64,000 nt of DNA. Origin: Ophelia neglecta. Taxonomy: Eukaryota. Positions 52,996 to 64,000 of the stretch are shown piece after piece. The position numbers and the translations under genes are program-made. Position 1 is the first letter of the stretch. Each line of letters begins with the position of its first letter. Where the stretch lies: assembly GCA_965285935.1 (NCBI GenBank), contig OZ260663.1:33914001-33978000 (forward strand), written 5' to 3'. The notes beneath the pieces were generated by a model, which was not told the DNA's origin, made no database searches, and saw nothing but the letters and a program-made list of their open reading frames with translations.

Positions 52996-55135
52996 CGGTA
53001 CGATCCGACAGCTTTCATGCTATTATTCGTGCTTTATTCCAAACATTTTGTTCACTATTGGATGAATAAGACGGATGTAATGATAAGACCACAATCCTAT
53101 TCACGACTTTTTGGAAGCAATTTCAAAAGGTAAGATGGGCAATGCTCAATTAATTACAATAATTCAATCACGGTAATTCCTACCTTACATGACCATTAAA
53201 CCCAGATCTGCATGATATTATATAAAACTATAAAACTGGGACTGTGGCGACCTATCCAACTTCTGTTTTTAAGTTTGAATGCTTATTTGCCCTACTTTGA
53301 CACACAATATTTGGAAAACTCTCCATCTTTGAAATTCGGTAGAAATATCCCAATAACAAAGTTAAATTGGGCCAATATTGTGAATTCCGTACCAATATCC
53401 CAATTAAGGAGTAGTGGGCCAGTATATGTCAATTTTTTTCGGGCATGATGTACATTAATGAGTTCCTTAGCGTCTTGATCAGTTAGCATATGTACGCATT
53501 TGGCCAATACTAGCCCAATTCCCACATTCAGTTTGCAATTGATGTGATTTACATACAAGTTAATCTAATTGGTTTTTGGTCACAAGACAATAATGGGGGA
53601 CTGGCTAGTTTGACGGCTTAATTTGGAGGGCTATTTTTTTATTCTCTTTGAAGTTAGAAGTAGCAATACATGCATTTAGGTGAGATTATAGGAGCATTGT
53701 CAATAATAGTTTTTCGCTTTGAATGTTTGCAAAAATATATTATATTTAAATAAAAAATATATATAAAAATATATATTTTAAGAAATTATTAAGCAATAAC
53801 TGCATTAAATGTCTAAAGCTCGAGGAAAAGTCTTAAGTTAGTCAATCTCTCAAAATAATGTGGATGGCTAGCCTTAGGTTATATGCACTTGAGTGCCACT
53901 CCTCAAAAGTGGCGAAACTTTTACTATTATTGGCCTATTTTAGCGGTAGAAAAATTATGTGCATGAAAACAGAGAACCTCTCAAGTATAGGATTTATCAA
54001 ATCCTAGTCACTAGAATTTGGCAGCCCACGCAATTGGCACAGATTCATGGAAAACATCAACTCCAATGACTGACTAAATTGCATATACTATTGACTTTGT
54101 ATTTCGACTCATGACCGGAAAGATAAAATTTCCGGCTTAATATGTTTTCGTATTAAATTTATATATAAGATACTAAATTCTAGATGGCTAAAGGCGAGCA
54201 GTAAGCGAATAAATCATCCAGTTACTTGATAGTTAATCCTACGTCCCGAATTAGAAAATTATCATTAAAATATGAAAGCATTCAACCCTAAAGACCTAAT
54301 GTGCCAGTGGTAAAATAAAACGTGTGACAACTTAATTGCATCAGCTCTGATAAAGCTTTTACCCCCAAATACTTCTACGTGTATTTTTGGGAAGTGTGAA
54401 TGGCGTAAAATCCAATTCATTCTCTTTCATACGTTTCCAAAGCAGTGTTGTTTGAAAACAAGTATGATATAAACTGCACAAAATGTGTATCAAGTCTAGC
54501 CTTTTATATTGATGGAAGTGAACACTGCAAGACACGTGTTTTCGTCATGAGTGATCATATACTTCCCGCTAATCAGGATTGGTGGTAATATATTTATATA
54601 TAGTCTTTGTAGTCCTGTCAGTTTATTACGACATCTCAAAAGGTATTTATTTATTATGGTCACAATTTGATATTTTCATTATATGAGCACTTTTTGGTAG
54701 TTTATTCATGCGCTTTTGTGGCTTTATTTTTGTGTAATGTATGTAATCTTCCACTTTCAAAATGAAAATTATTATTGAAACCCTTAAACCCACAACTATT
54801 GTGACCAAGCTCATGAAAATACACTATCCACACGAATAGTAAAATTACCGTTAGGGCTATTAGAAAGTTCACTGGCCGTGATCAATATATTCGAACATAG
54901 ATATTCGACGCTTACGCTTTCGTCAGATATTTTTATGGTTTAAATGCATAAATCTATAACGGCTTTTGACCTTCTTAGACTATAAAGTTACGTAACATTT
55001 TAAAAACGTATTTCTATATTAGCCGTCATGGAATATATATCTGGAATTAAGACCTGTTTCCTCAACACTTCTCTTTCCGTTGTTTAAATGCAAAGATAGT
55101 GAAATAAACTAGTAAGTAGAATTCAATATTCACAT

Positions 55136-55141
55136 TTTATT
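55136..55141 (-). terminator. Candidate polyadenylation signal of the minus-strand gene
   Basis: AATAAA on the minus strand ~415 nt after the stop codon; a second one lies ~40 nt closer to the stop. Confidence 0.4.
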
Positions 55142-55556
55142 GACAAGCTTTAAGGAAATCACATGGATACATAAAATTTATTGATGATAGATTGTCGTCG
55201 TTTTATCTAAATGCAAATGAACCAATTAATTATAGTCAAACTAGTCAGGTTACAAAAGTTAATGGCGCAAAGATTGATATATCACAAAGATCATTTATAA
55301 CATTTTCTAGTGTTTGGTCGATAATTATCCCGAATAGTTAAATTAGCAGAGCAATTCACACAAAAAATAATTAATATATTACGAATACATTGAGTGACCG
55401 AATAATTAACTTGCGGCAATTAGTACTTGTTATTTGAATGTGGTTATATTCAAACAAATCTACGGGAATGCGGTGGCACAATTTGGAAAGACTTTAAAAT
55501 TAAGCGGCACAAGGAATATAATATAAGGAAAAGCCTGTATCAATAATCAATATGTT

Positions 55557-57609
55557 TTAGTTGCAAGTTTGGTCTTCAATGTAGGCGACGACCAAGGCGT
55601 GTGATCCAGCCCTAGCGTATCTAGCGGGGTCGTCATCACAGTTGTTGGTCGACTCCTTGATGCATTGCTCGTATACAGCAAGACTCTCGCAGGGGTCAAT
55701 GCTGTCGTGGAGATCACTGAGAAACATGATATCACAGTCAACAATCGCCAGCTTGCTACAAGCCAGGGCACTGTACTTTCCCACTGAAGCTAAAACAAAG
55801 TCAAATGGCTGTATACAACGAATAGTAAAGTAATAACTTCTCATCCCGGACACGTTCACTAATAAGTCAAGCTAGCCTATTAGAAATAAACTAGTGTTAT
55901 ATGAGTAAATTTTTTTCGCATTCTGTCAACCAAGGTCTTAGCGACAACATACGTTTTATTGCAGTACACAAACATGATGTATAGGTATTATACTTTCGTT
56001 GGTACTACATCGATTACAATCAATCGATACTGATATCGATGACGTTTTTTATATCTACATTTTCAATTTAAATGGTAGATATGTACCTTGTCCAAGAGCG
56101 CTGATGTCAACATTAGGGCAGATGTTGTCATTTTTCCCGCTAGCTACCATATCAATCAGGGCGTGTTTAAATGATGTCATGATCTGTAGGTCACAGATCG
56201 TATCCTCTGCCAAGCAGTCAACATATTCCTTTGAAAATGAACAACGTAGCTCAATGTAACATAATAGATAATGATATTTCTAGGGTAGTCTATTTGCATT
56301 CAGGATCAGGGTACTGTCTTTAATTCCAATTTACATAATGTATTTACATTTGATAATAATTTAAGCATATTTTACCTTGTTCTTCTTTTACAAAATAAAA
56401 TGTTGTATACCTGGAAAGCGCCACACATGCTAGTTTCGTCGGTGTCACGTGTCCGAGTGTACACCAAGAATCGTAGGCCACATTTTTTCAACGTGGCATG
56501 GTAGCAAGTATCGGAATCTGCTCAAATGCAATAACACATATAACTATTATCAGAATCACACTGGATTTATGTATAAATAACAGGGTTTAATATATAAATA
56601 CAGACAAAACGAAATGAAACAACTATGTGTTTGTTTCTTGCCTTTTAAATCATATAATCTTCTATCTCAATATACAATTATAACAGTGCCAATAATACTT
56701 GAAAGCAATATGTATTTATTTCTACAACCATAAAAGAAATGCAAATTCAACTTCAAAATATATTTCGCAGACTGAAGTTGTTCATACATCCAGTAAACTA
56801 GTATACTTAAATTACAAAAAAGCTGGATACCATTAGCTAAAATTGAATTAATAGTCAATTTAGGGCTGTACCTTTTGTGTCAAATCGAACATGTTGAATT
56901 TCATTCAAGGTGAGTACGCCGTTACCTGACATGGAAAAACCAAACCTTAATTTATTCAAACCAATACATAATCGAAATGTCATATATATATTGTATAATC
57001 CTAATAAGACTTGTACTTTTCTGATAATAAGACACCGTGCTACTCACCGTCAATGTCCATCTGCTGGAGTTTTGCCTGTGCGGTCCTGGATGGTAGGAAC
57101 ATACACTTGCGCAGCTCCGTGAAGGAAATAGACGAGCTCTGGTCTACATCGCAAAGGCGCAAGAGTACTTGTGCATCGGGGTTGGCATCAGCAGAGCGGC
57201 GTCTGTGGAACAGAGAGAGATATAACATTATGATTTTATCGTAATATTATAACAATTAACATCTCGTTGAAGTGTGCACGTAGTTATTACATGGTAAACT
57301 TGAGTGTATAATTCGAATATTGTAAATACTGTGACAGCAAGGGCCTAGTATACTATACTACACATATTTATAATACCGTCTAAAAAAAAATAGCCACGTA
57401 TTCTTGAAATCAATGCCAAAGCAATGTCAATTTAACTGTTGCTTTGATCGTTGCACTACTCACTTCCTAAAGTTCCATGTAGCTCGGTAACCGGGCCCGC
57501 CATTCCATGTCGGACCATGACTGTCTGGTTTCCGGCAAGCGCTGCCGTAATCAATTGCAGCCAGAACTATGGTAGCAAGGAGCAGAAGACACGGGCGATG
57601 GATCTCCAT
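55557..57609 (-). CDS. Secreted precursor: signal peptide, 23-aa Gly/Trp-rich peptide, RKRR furin site, EF-hand pair, two 6-Cys helical repeats (DUF19/CPG4-like), ~278 aa
   Basis: Minus-strand GT-AG exons 57609-57464 (MEIHRPCLLLLATIVLAAIDYGSACRKPDSHGPTWNGGPGYRATWNFR), 57202-57048 (KRRSAD..CDVDQSSSISFTEL..MDID), 56925-56872 (GNGVLTLNEIQ), 56517-56411, 56228-56087, 55789-55557 (..EDQTCN*). Sum 837 nt, phases 2,1,1,0,1 consistent; the second EF loop DIDGNGVLTLNE forms only after splicing. Confidence 0.88.
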
Positions 57610-57746
57610 ATCTGAAAGAATCTGCATGTTAATACGAATCACTAACACACCATGTCTTTCAAGGAAAAGTATTATCAGTATTAATGATTATCTATGCTTT
57701 TCTTTGCCATTGTAATGTTCAGTTTTGAAATTTAGTCTAAACTTAC

Positions 57747-57844
57747 CTTTACGAGTCCAAATTTCCGTTCAAACAAAAATGGGTTTATCTGGGTTTTAAC
57801 TGATCCAAGTTTGAAGCTGACAACGACACGACTTCTCTTTTATA
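57747..57844 (-). promoter_or_regulatory. TATA box and non-coding first exon of the secreted-precursor gene
   Basis: Minus-strand TATAAAAG at 57844-57837, Inr-like TCAAACT ~57812, strong donor AAAG|GTAAGT at 57747; next acceptor TTCTTTCAG opens the exon at 57611, two bases before the ATG. Confidence 0.7.
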
Positions 57845-57911
57845 AGCAACGCTCTCGGCTATCTATACCATGACTATCGCTGACAGCCAATGGCGTTTAG
57901 CGGGCGTAAAC

Positions 57912-58056
57912 GGGAAATTCTTAGAATGCGTAAGGGTCCGCATTCTTGTGGTTTTCAAAGTTTATTCCATCATGCTGTAGACATAATTGAGACTTTTATG
58001 GTCAGTAAAGCCAGAAGGAACCAGGAACCGTTAACATGCTGTGGCAGGGGATTTTT
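57912..58056. promoter_or_regulatory. Two NF-kappaB/Rel-like motifs upstream of the secreted-precursor gene
   Basis: GGGAAATTCT at 57912-57921 and GGGGATTTTT at 58047-58056, within ~250 bp of the inferred TSS; motif match only. Confidence 0.4.
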
Positions 58057-59289
58057 TGATTAGATATGTTGGAAATAAGACTAGGAAGGGGTCTTAAAAT
58101 TGCAATACTGCTTTGAAAAGTATCAACGGTGTAGGCAGGTTAGTTTAAGATACAGAATCATGAACAGTTTATAAAAACAAAAAAAAATATTAACTGTCAG
58201 GATTAAAATAGTGTAGTCATATTATTCCAGCTGGTTAATACATTGCAGTAAACTTTGCCGATTTTCGAAATCATGATTTACACCAAGGTAATCAATTTTG
58301 GATGGAAGATGGCTTAGAATTGATTTAATTTTCAGACTCTTTAAGAATTTTTTTTACAAATTAACAGCATAGTACACATTAAAAATATAAAACATAGTGC
58401 CAATTGCAATAAGATTAACAGTCATGTCTTTTTCCACGCCACCTTGCGGACACACTTTCTCTCTCCCACGCACCACATCACCCGTGAAATATAAACCATA
58501 AAAAGAACGATTACAAATTCATGGCTACAAAGACAATCATTTACGACTTCATCGCTTCTTTGTAAAATGGTTATTGGTTATTTTTCTTATATCACCAGTT
58601 GGGTGCTTACATAAGCTTCATAAAAGTTCATATTGGTGCCATTAAGGAACCAGAAAATTTGAGTTGCTACGTCGTCTATGAAATTCCTGGACTCGTTGCG
58701 CTTTCTTTCATCATGACAGGAACTGGATCATTACTCCGTGTGAAAGTGATATAAGTACTTTCATTAAATAGGCTCTACGCTCAGAGCGGGGTTGTAAACC
58801 AGGTTTCTGAACAAAGGTTTTTCATTACTGCAGTAACCCAATATTGTTAAATATAAGTCGAAAAGTGGCTGAACGACAGCAATGTATGCTTTCAACAAGG
58901 AAATGGGGGCCAACTTTTTGCCAAGACGGCCCAGCAAAGCCATCTATCTATTTTGAATCTTTAACATTAGACGTTATACACCGTGTTTTGTTTCCTGTCT
59001 TCATCGTGCAAGAATACTAGAATTCAACGTTAAATGATCGTCACCGAACCACTTACTACTCCCTCAATATCGGTTTGGAGAAAATCCTAAATAGAATGGC
59101 CGCCTATATCGTCGGCAAATATTTTACAAAATGTGTCTCTCAATGCAGTTGTGTAATAAACCTAAATGTCTGCTGATAATGGCCTTGTCGCAGAGACCCT
59201 CGTTAATGCTGTTTGTCATGCAATCGTGTAACTGAAGAGCATAGCAGCATAATTTTAAGATTTTTCACCATTTGTTCATTGAATAGGCA

Positions 59290-60700
59290 AACATCCTACA
59301 GATTAAAGTATTCTAAAACATAAAGCTCATAATAAACCGTTCAAATTATCACTACAAACCTTTGTAGAACGCATTAGAAAAAATACCCCTACATTTCTGA
59401 ATTATAAACTGCTAGGGCAGTTCCTACTTACACAGATGACAAGGCTTAACTTGTAAATAACTGTAGAATAGTATCTGTATTACCACTGTTCTCAGAGGTT
59501 TTTGAACGTACTATGTACAGCGGAATAATTTCATTCGTTAATCTGCATAACTTACTCTAAACATATCAGTTTGAATTTCGAGAGAAACATGGCACTGATA
59601 TGGTTTTTGATAGTTTTAGTAGATAAGATCATGGAAGCATTTAATGAGGGGGATTTAGTTTTGGGGGAACTTTTTGATTTAGCACGGCCTTTGATACGGT
59701 GGATCATGAAATATTACTGTTAAAAAGGTATAAATATGGATTAGGAATGGTCGCTTATGACTGATTGACGAGTAACCGCTACAGGCATAAATATTGGGTC
59801 CCTTTTAATGATTGTAAATCATCCGAATAATACGTTACTCGTGAGGTGAGAATATTCGGACCGCTTTTATTCATTCTCTGTGTGAATGACATGGTTAATA
59901 TGTCGTTTGTCGTCTTTCCAATTTTATGTGCAGACGACACCAACATATTTATAAATGGAAAATATAAACATTCTTGTTACATCTACGAGTATGGAGCTAC
60001 GAAATAATGTTATTTGGTTAGAAACGAATAAGCTCCTCTTCAATATAAAAAAAAAAACAAAACATTATTTTATCTTTAGTGTTAGAAAAAGTATCTCCGT
60101 ATTCCTACCTCTAGTAATTTATAATGATGATTATACGAATTTCGTGGGTGATATGATACCCGAAAATATCTGTGTCTGAACATATTAGTAAAATTGGCAA
60201 TAAAATGTCTACAGGTTTTGTCATATTATGTGAAACTAGAATGTTTCTTGTTAATGGAACATTGATGACTTTGTACAACTGTTTTATTCTTCCTCCTATA
60301 ACATATTGTGTTAAGGTATGGCGGAATACTGAAGCTACTAACCTCATAATCTAACAGAAGAGAGCTATAAGAATTGTAAAATCAGCCAAATTCAGGGATC
60401 TTACTCTGCCTCTCTTATGTATTCAATATACATAACACTTTTATATACACTTTTTACAAATTTACCAATAATATGTTACCTGTAACTTTCAATGAAATGT
60501 TCATTCATATTATGCAAATTCATAACCACTGGACTAGACAGTTACCTAAGCTACATTGAGTCGTTTCTCTAGCATACAGAAGACTAAAAATTTAGAACAT
60601 GTATCATGAGGTCGAATGTAAAATATAATCTTTCAAACTAAATTTAAAAGGGATCTGTTATTATCTGGCGACACTTTGTTAGATTGCCTATAATCTGTGT
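59290..60700 (+). mobile_element. Older degenerate CR1 RT/C-terminal fragment related to the 35-40 kb element
   Basis: Degenerate equivalents of VSVLPLFS, YQF.FREKHGT, GDLVLG, AFDTVDH, GPLLF, ADDTNIFING and ITYCVKVW, with many stops and indels; boundaries approximate. Confidence 0.88.
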
Positions 60701-61109
60701 GGACTCTTAAAACTAGACCTATATTATATTGTATAATTATCATTATTTTTCTCTTGCTAATCACTCTAAAACAACTTAGTTTGGGAATAGTTTTGTTTGC
60801 TGCTCAGCCTGATTTTATTTTTTGTACAACCCAGTATTGATTAAAGTATGTTCCAATGATAGGGCATGTAGAACTTTTTTTTTCCTGCTCTTTTTGCCAT
60901 GTGTTCTTTCTTATATTAATTGTGTTTACAAAGTGTTTATGTTTATTATCATGTCAATACACCCTTTTTTGAAACCCTTTTTTTGTGAGCCTCCTTTGTC
61001 AGGATTTTTATGCAATCATATGGGTTTGGAACATATCCAATTTGGCAAATGCCATCCACTAACATAGGAAATGTGACAAAATCCCCCTTCAGGGAATTGT
61101 CATTGCATA

Positions 61110-61286
61110 CAGTGAAACATGTGTTTGTGGTCACCTCTGTAATATGGTCGTCTGCCACAAAGGTCACTAAATAATAGCCCCATTCCCATTTACGCCTGTA
61201 TAAACTGACCTATCTATCATGGTCACCCACTTATGCAATCAGTTTTATCCCGTTTCTTGACTGACTTGATTTGACAGGTTTCACTG
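61110..61286. mobile_element. Tc1/mariner(pogo)-type MITE
   Basis: TIRs CAGTGAAACATGT...ACAGGTTTCACTG with TA on both sides. Confidence 0.8.
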
Positions 61287-62176
61287 TATTTGGCACATTT
61301 CTCCCCCTCAAGAACGAATTCGTCATTGAAAAAGAACCTAAAAGGTGACTGCTGTGCAATCAGTCTTGATGTTTAAGAATTGGCAAATTCCACACCCCTC
61401 TTCACAAATTTCGAAATTCCACACCCTCAAAATTGAAATTTGTCATATTCTCTGCTTGCCATTTTTGCGGCCCTCTCCTTATAAGTATATTACATCTTCC
61501 AATCTTCAACTTTATTCAGTTATCAGACAACGAAATCTCCCAGCTTCAACTCTCACCGTTTTTATTTAAGTTATTATAATTATGCTTATATTAGGTCTAT
61601 GTGTGAACTATACTGAACTGGGTGTACTGGGGAAATTACACAATTTATAGCCAAAAAGTCTAATAGAATAGATGATATAGGCTTTCGGCTACATGCACAG
61701 ATGAACAGGTCAGTCCATAACCCCTATAAAAATGTCATCATGTGCAGTGTGGTATCCGTGGTTGTTGGTCATTATAAAAGGAGCTTTCATGTTCAACCAT
61801 ATCGGTTGAATTGTTTTATGTAAACATATATGTCATGTTATTGGCTGTAGTATGTTGGCGAAGGCGGTTAGCAAGGAAAAGATCCACAAAACAGGCATAT
61901 TTGGAGAAACGCGGGTGACAATGGCGCGAGAGGGGAAGGCCCAATAGCCAACCGAACTGATATAATAGTATTTGTTTCATAAACCTTATTCACGATCGTT
62001 CACGCTCAGGTGATTCTTTTTCATTCCTTTCTGGAAAATATAAAGCCAGTTTAAAACAAACCACGAAACGATTTTTACCTACAAGGAAGCTTATCTAAGT
62101 TATGTGTAGAGCGCTATATGAATGTTTGAAATAACATCTACTCTCGTTCATAAGCATTCCCTATGCTTTGTGTATA

Positions 62177-62345
62177 CAGTGAAACCTCCTCTATATTCAG
62201 ACCACTTGCTTGTCAATTCAAACCACTAGTATGAGAACCAAACTAGATACTTTCAATTTTAATTAACCTGTCTTAACAGACCACTTCTATAATCAGACCA
62301 GTATTTTCCAGTCCCTTGGGTGGTCTTAATTCACAGGTTTCACTG
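62177..62345. mobile_element. Tc1/mariner(pogo)-type MITE with the same TIR type
   Basis: TIRs CAGTGAAACCT...AGGTTTCACTG flanked by TA; internal repeated CAGACCA motifs. Confidence 0.85.
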
Positions 62346-62413
62346 TATATATAGCCACCAGGGATTAATGATTATGCTACATTAATCCCTAAATCCCAAG
62401 TGTTACCATAATG

Positions 62414-63170
62414 TTACATGCTGTTCAAAGCTGCTGGCAATTCACCTTCACTTTCCGCTAATAACCTAGTATCATCGGGATATAGTAGAACAAAAGAGAA
62501 CAGATATAAATTTACATATATTATAAACTCATCAGATTCTAACACATCTCTGACCAAATCTGTGAGTGTGGATATACCATTATATGACTTTTCAACATGA
62601 TCCATATCATTAAACAAATGTAAAGAATACTGGTGATAGGTTTTCCCCTTGCCTAACACCTATATTACACCCAAAAGCCGGAGACAAATGACTATTAACG
62701 CTTACAAGAGACTTTGTAGGATTCTACATATCCTGTATAATATTCATGACTTGCCAATTAAATTCATTCCCTATCAATTTTTGCCATAATGCTTCTTTAT
62801 TCACAGAATCAAATGCCTTGAAGTAATCTATTAAAGCAACACATACTCTTTTCTGCTGTGTAAAGTTTAATGAGCTGGTGCAGTGTAAAGATTTGATCAG
62901 TTGTGGAATTCTCTTTCATAAATGCTGCTTGTCTATCTCCTAAAATTCCACAAGCTTCAATATAATTTGTTTATCTATTATTTAACACTGATGTAAAGAA
63001 TATCAATACAACTCATTAATATTATGGCTCTGTAATTATCTGGATCACTTTTATCACCTTTGTTCTTATACGATGGTACAATATCTATAGCCAATTGCCC
63101 CCATCTCTGGCACTACACCTGCTTTAAGAATCAAATTAAATAATTTGCAGTATACATTGTGAATTTTTTT
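62414..63170 (-). mobile_element. Degenerate LINE RT fragment of a different family (L2/Daphne-like)
   Basis: Minus-strand KGDKSDPDNYRAI, QAAF..NSTTDQIFTL, IDYFKAFDSV..LWQKL, LLYPDDTRLLAESE. Confidence 0.8.
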
Positions 63171-63182
63171 AATTAGTCTCTT

Positions 63183-63370
63183 AAAAGTGAGCGCCCCCAA
63201 AGGGGCTCGCTCGCGGGGTGAGCTCTATAGGTAACGTGTATACATAGGGAAAAAGTGCATAAGAAATCAAATGAAATTATAGAGATAAATGACTCGAACC
63301 TGGTCAATTTCCGGGACTGCAGTACCCGCCGTAGTAGTATTAGAACGAAGTAGTGTTCGTAGTAGTACTT
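63183..63370. mobile_element. Possible Helentron/HINE-like non-autonomous element end
   Basis: Abruptly truncates the RT remnant; GC hairpin GAGCGCCCCCAAAGGGGCTCGCTC (63189-63212), then degenerate (GTA)n at 63330-63368. Confidence 0.35.
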
Positions 63371-63549
63371 TTCGACGAGGAATTTGTCAGCTTAAAGGTA
63401 GATGCGTACATAGCTACATGTATTTAACAACAATCGAAATAGGTCTAAATGTATACTTAATTCTTCATAGATACTACGTTCTTGCATTACCTTATTTATT
63501 CGAGAAAAAACACAACAGACCTAAATTACGTGGCTGGGTTGTAAAATCA

Positions 63550-63900
63550 AATACAAAGCGGATGATAAGGAAACCTAACAATCCCCTACAACAAGTGGTT
63601 CGACATGTGACTGAAAAGCATGAGTTCCTTAATGTAACAAAGGAGAAAGAATAGTTAAAAAAGGGCCATATGGAAGGGCCTATCCCTGGAGGTCTATCCA
63701 ATAGGGTCCATATAGAACAGTTCAGAGAATTTTACCATGACAAATTTGCATTTTGTTCTTCAAAGGTAAATAATGTTATAATGTTTAGGGATTTGGTTTT
63801 CCTTGGGAAAAATTGTCGATTCATGTAGATTTCTATAAAATTGATGTTTAAAGTATAAAGTATCCAAGTGCCAGTATCAGTGCTGGAAATAAGCTTTAAA
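63550..63900 (+). mobile_element. CACTA/EnSpm-like (CMC) transposase C-terminal remnant
   Basis: KRMIRKPNNPLQQVVRHVTE..*LKKGHMEGPIP..QFREFYHDKF..NNVIM resembles, from recall, the region after the FPFEN motif in animal EnSpm-like transposases; in-frame stop at 63652. Confidence 0.6.
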
Positions 63901-64000
63901 ACTATGTAGGTTTGGTACTTCACAGGCAAAAGTTACTCACACATAAAAGATAAAACATCACATTTATTTAATACTGTCGGTACTCTCAACGTGTGAATTT

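Noticed and set aside
1-64000. CRISPR arrays, operons, rRNA or prokaryotic defence systems
   Set aside because: The sequence is eukaryotic (spliceosomal introns, LINEs); no repeat-spacer array or rRNA-like segment seen.

Overview
AT-rich (roughly 35% GC by eye) metazoan genomic DNA, probably from a marine invertebrate; not prokaryotic. Two intron-containing genes could be assembled by hand with consistent splice phases. (1) A 14-coding-exon + strand gene (44143-52094, ~747 aa) for a type-I membrane receptor: signal peptide, 3 CUB-like domains, 3 LDLa modules, a TM helix and a tail with PPxY motifs. (2) A convergent 6-coding-exon - strand gene (57609-55557, ~278 aa) for a secreted precursor: signal peptide, a short Gly/Trp-rich peptide, an RKRR furin site, an EF-hand pair and two 6-Cys repeats, with a TATA promoter and kappaB-like sites. 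Gene 2 is the most interesting object and is a candidate host-defence or signalling peptide precursor. A near-full-length, frameshifted CR1-type LINE (ORF1; PHD-APE-RT ORF2) lies at ~35.3-40.3 kb (-). The right end carries older LINE remnants, two TA-flanked MITEs and a CACTA/EnSpm-like transposase remnant. The first 35 kb has no convincing long ORF but contains candidate 5' exons of a leftward transcript and degraded TE fragments. All coordinates and translations were derived by manual reading; no database searches were run.
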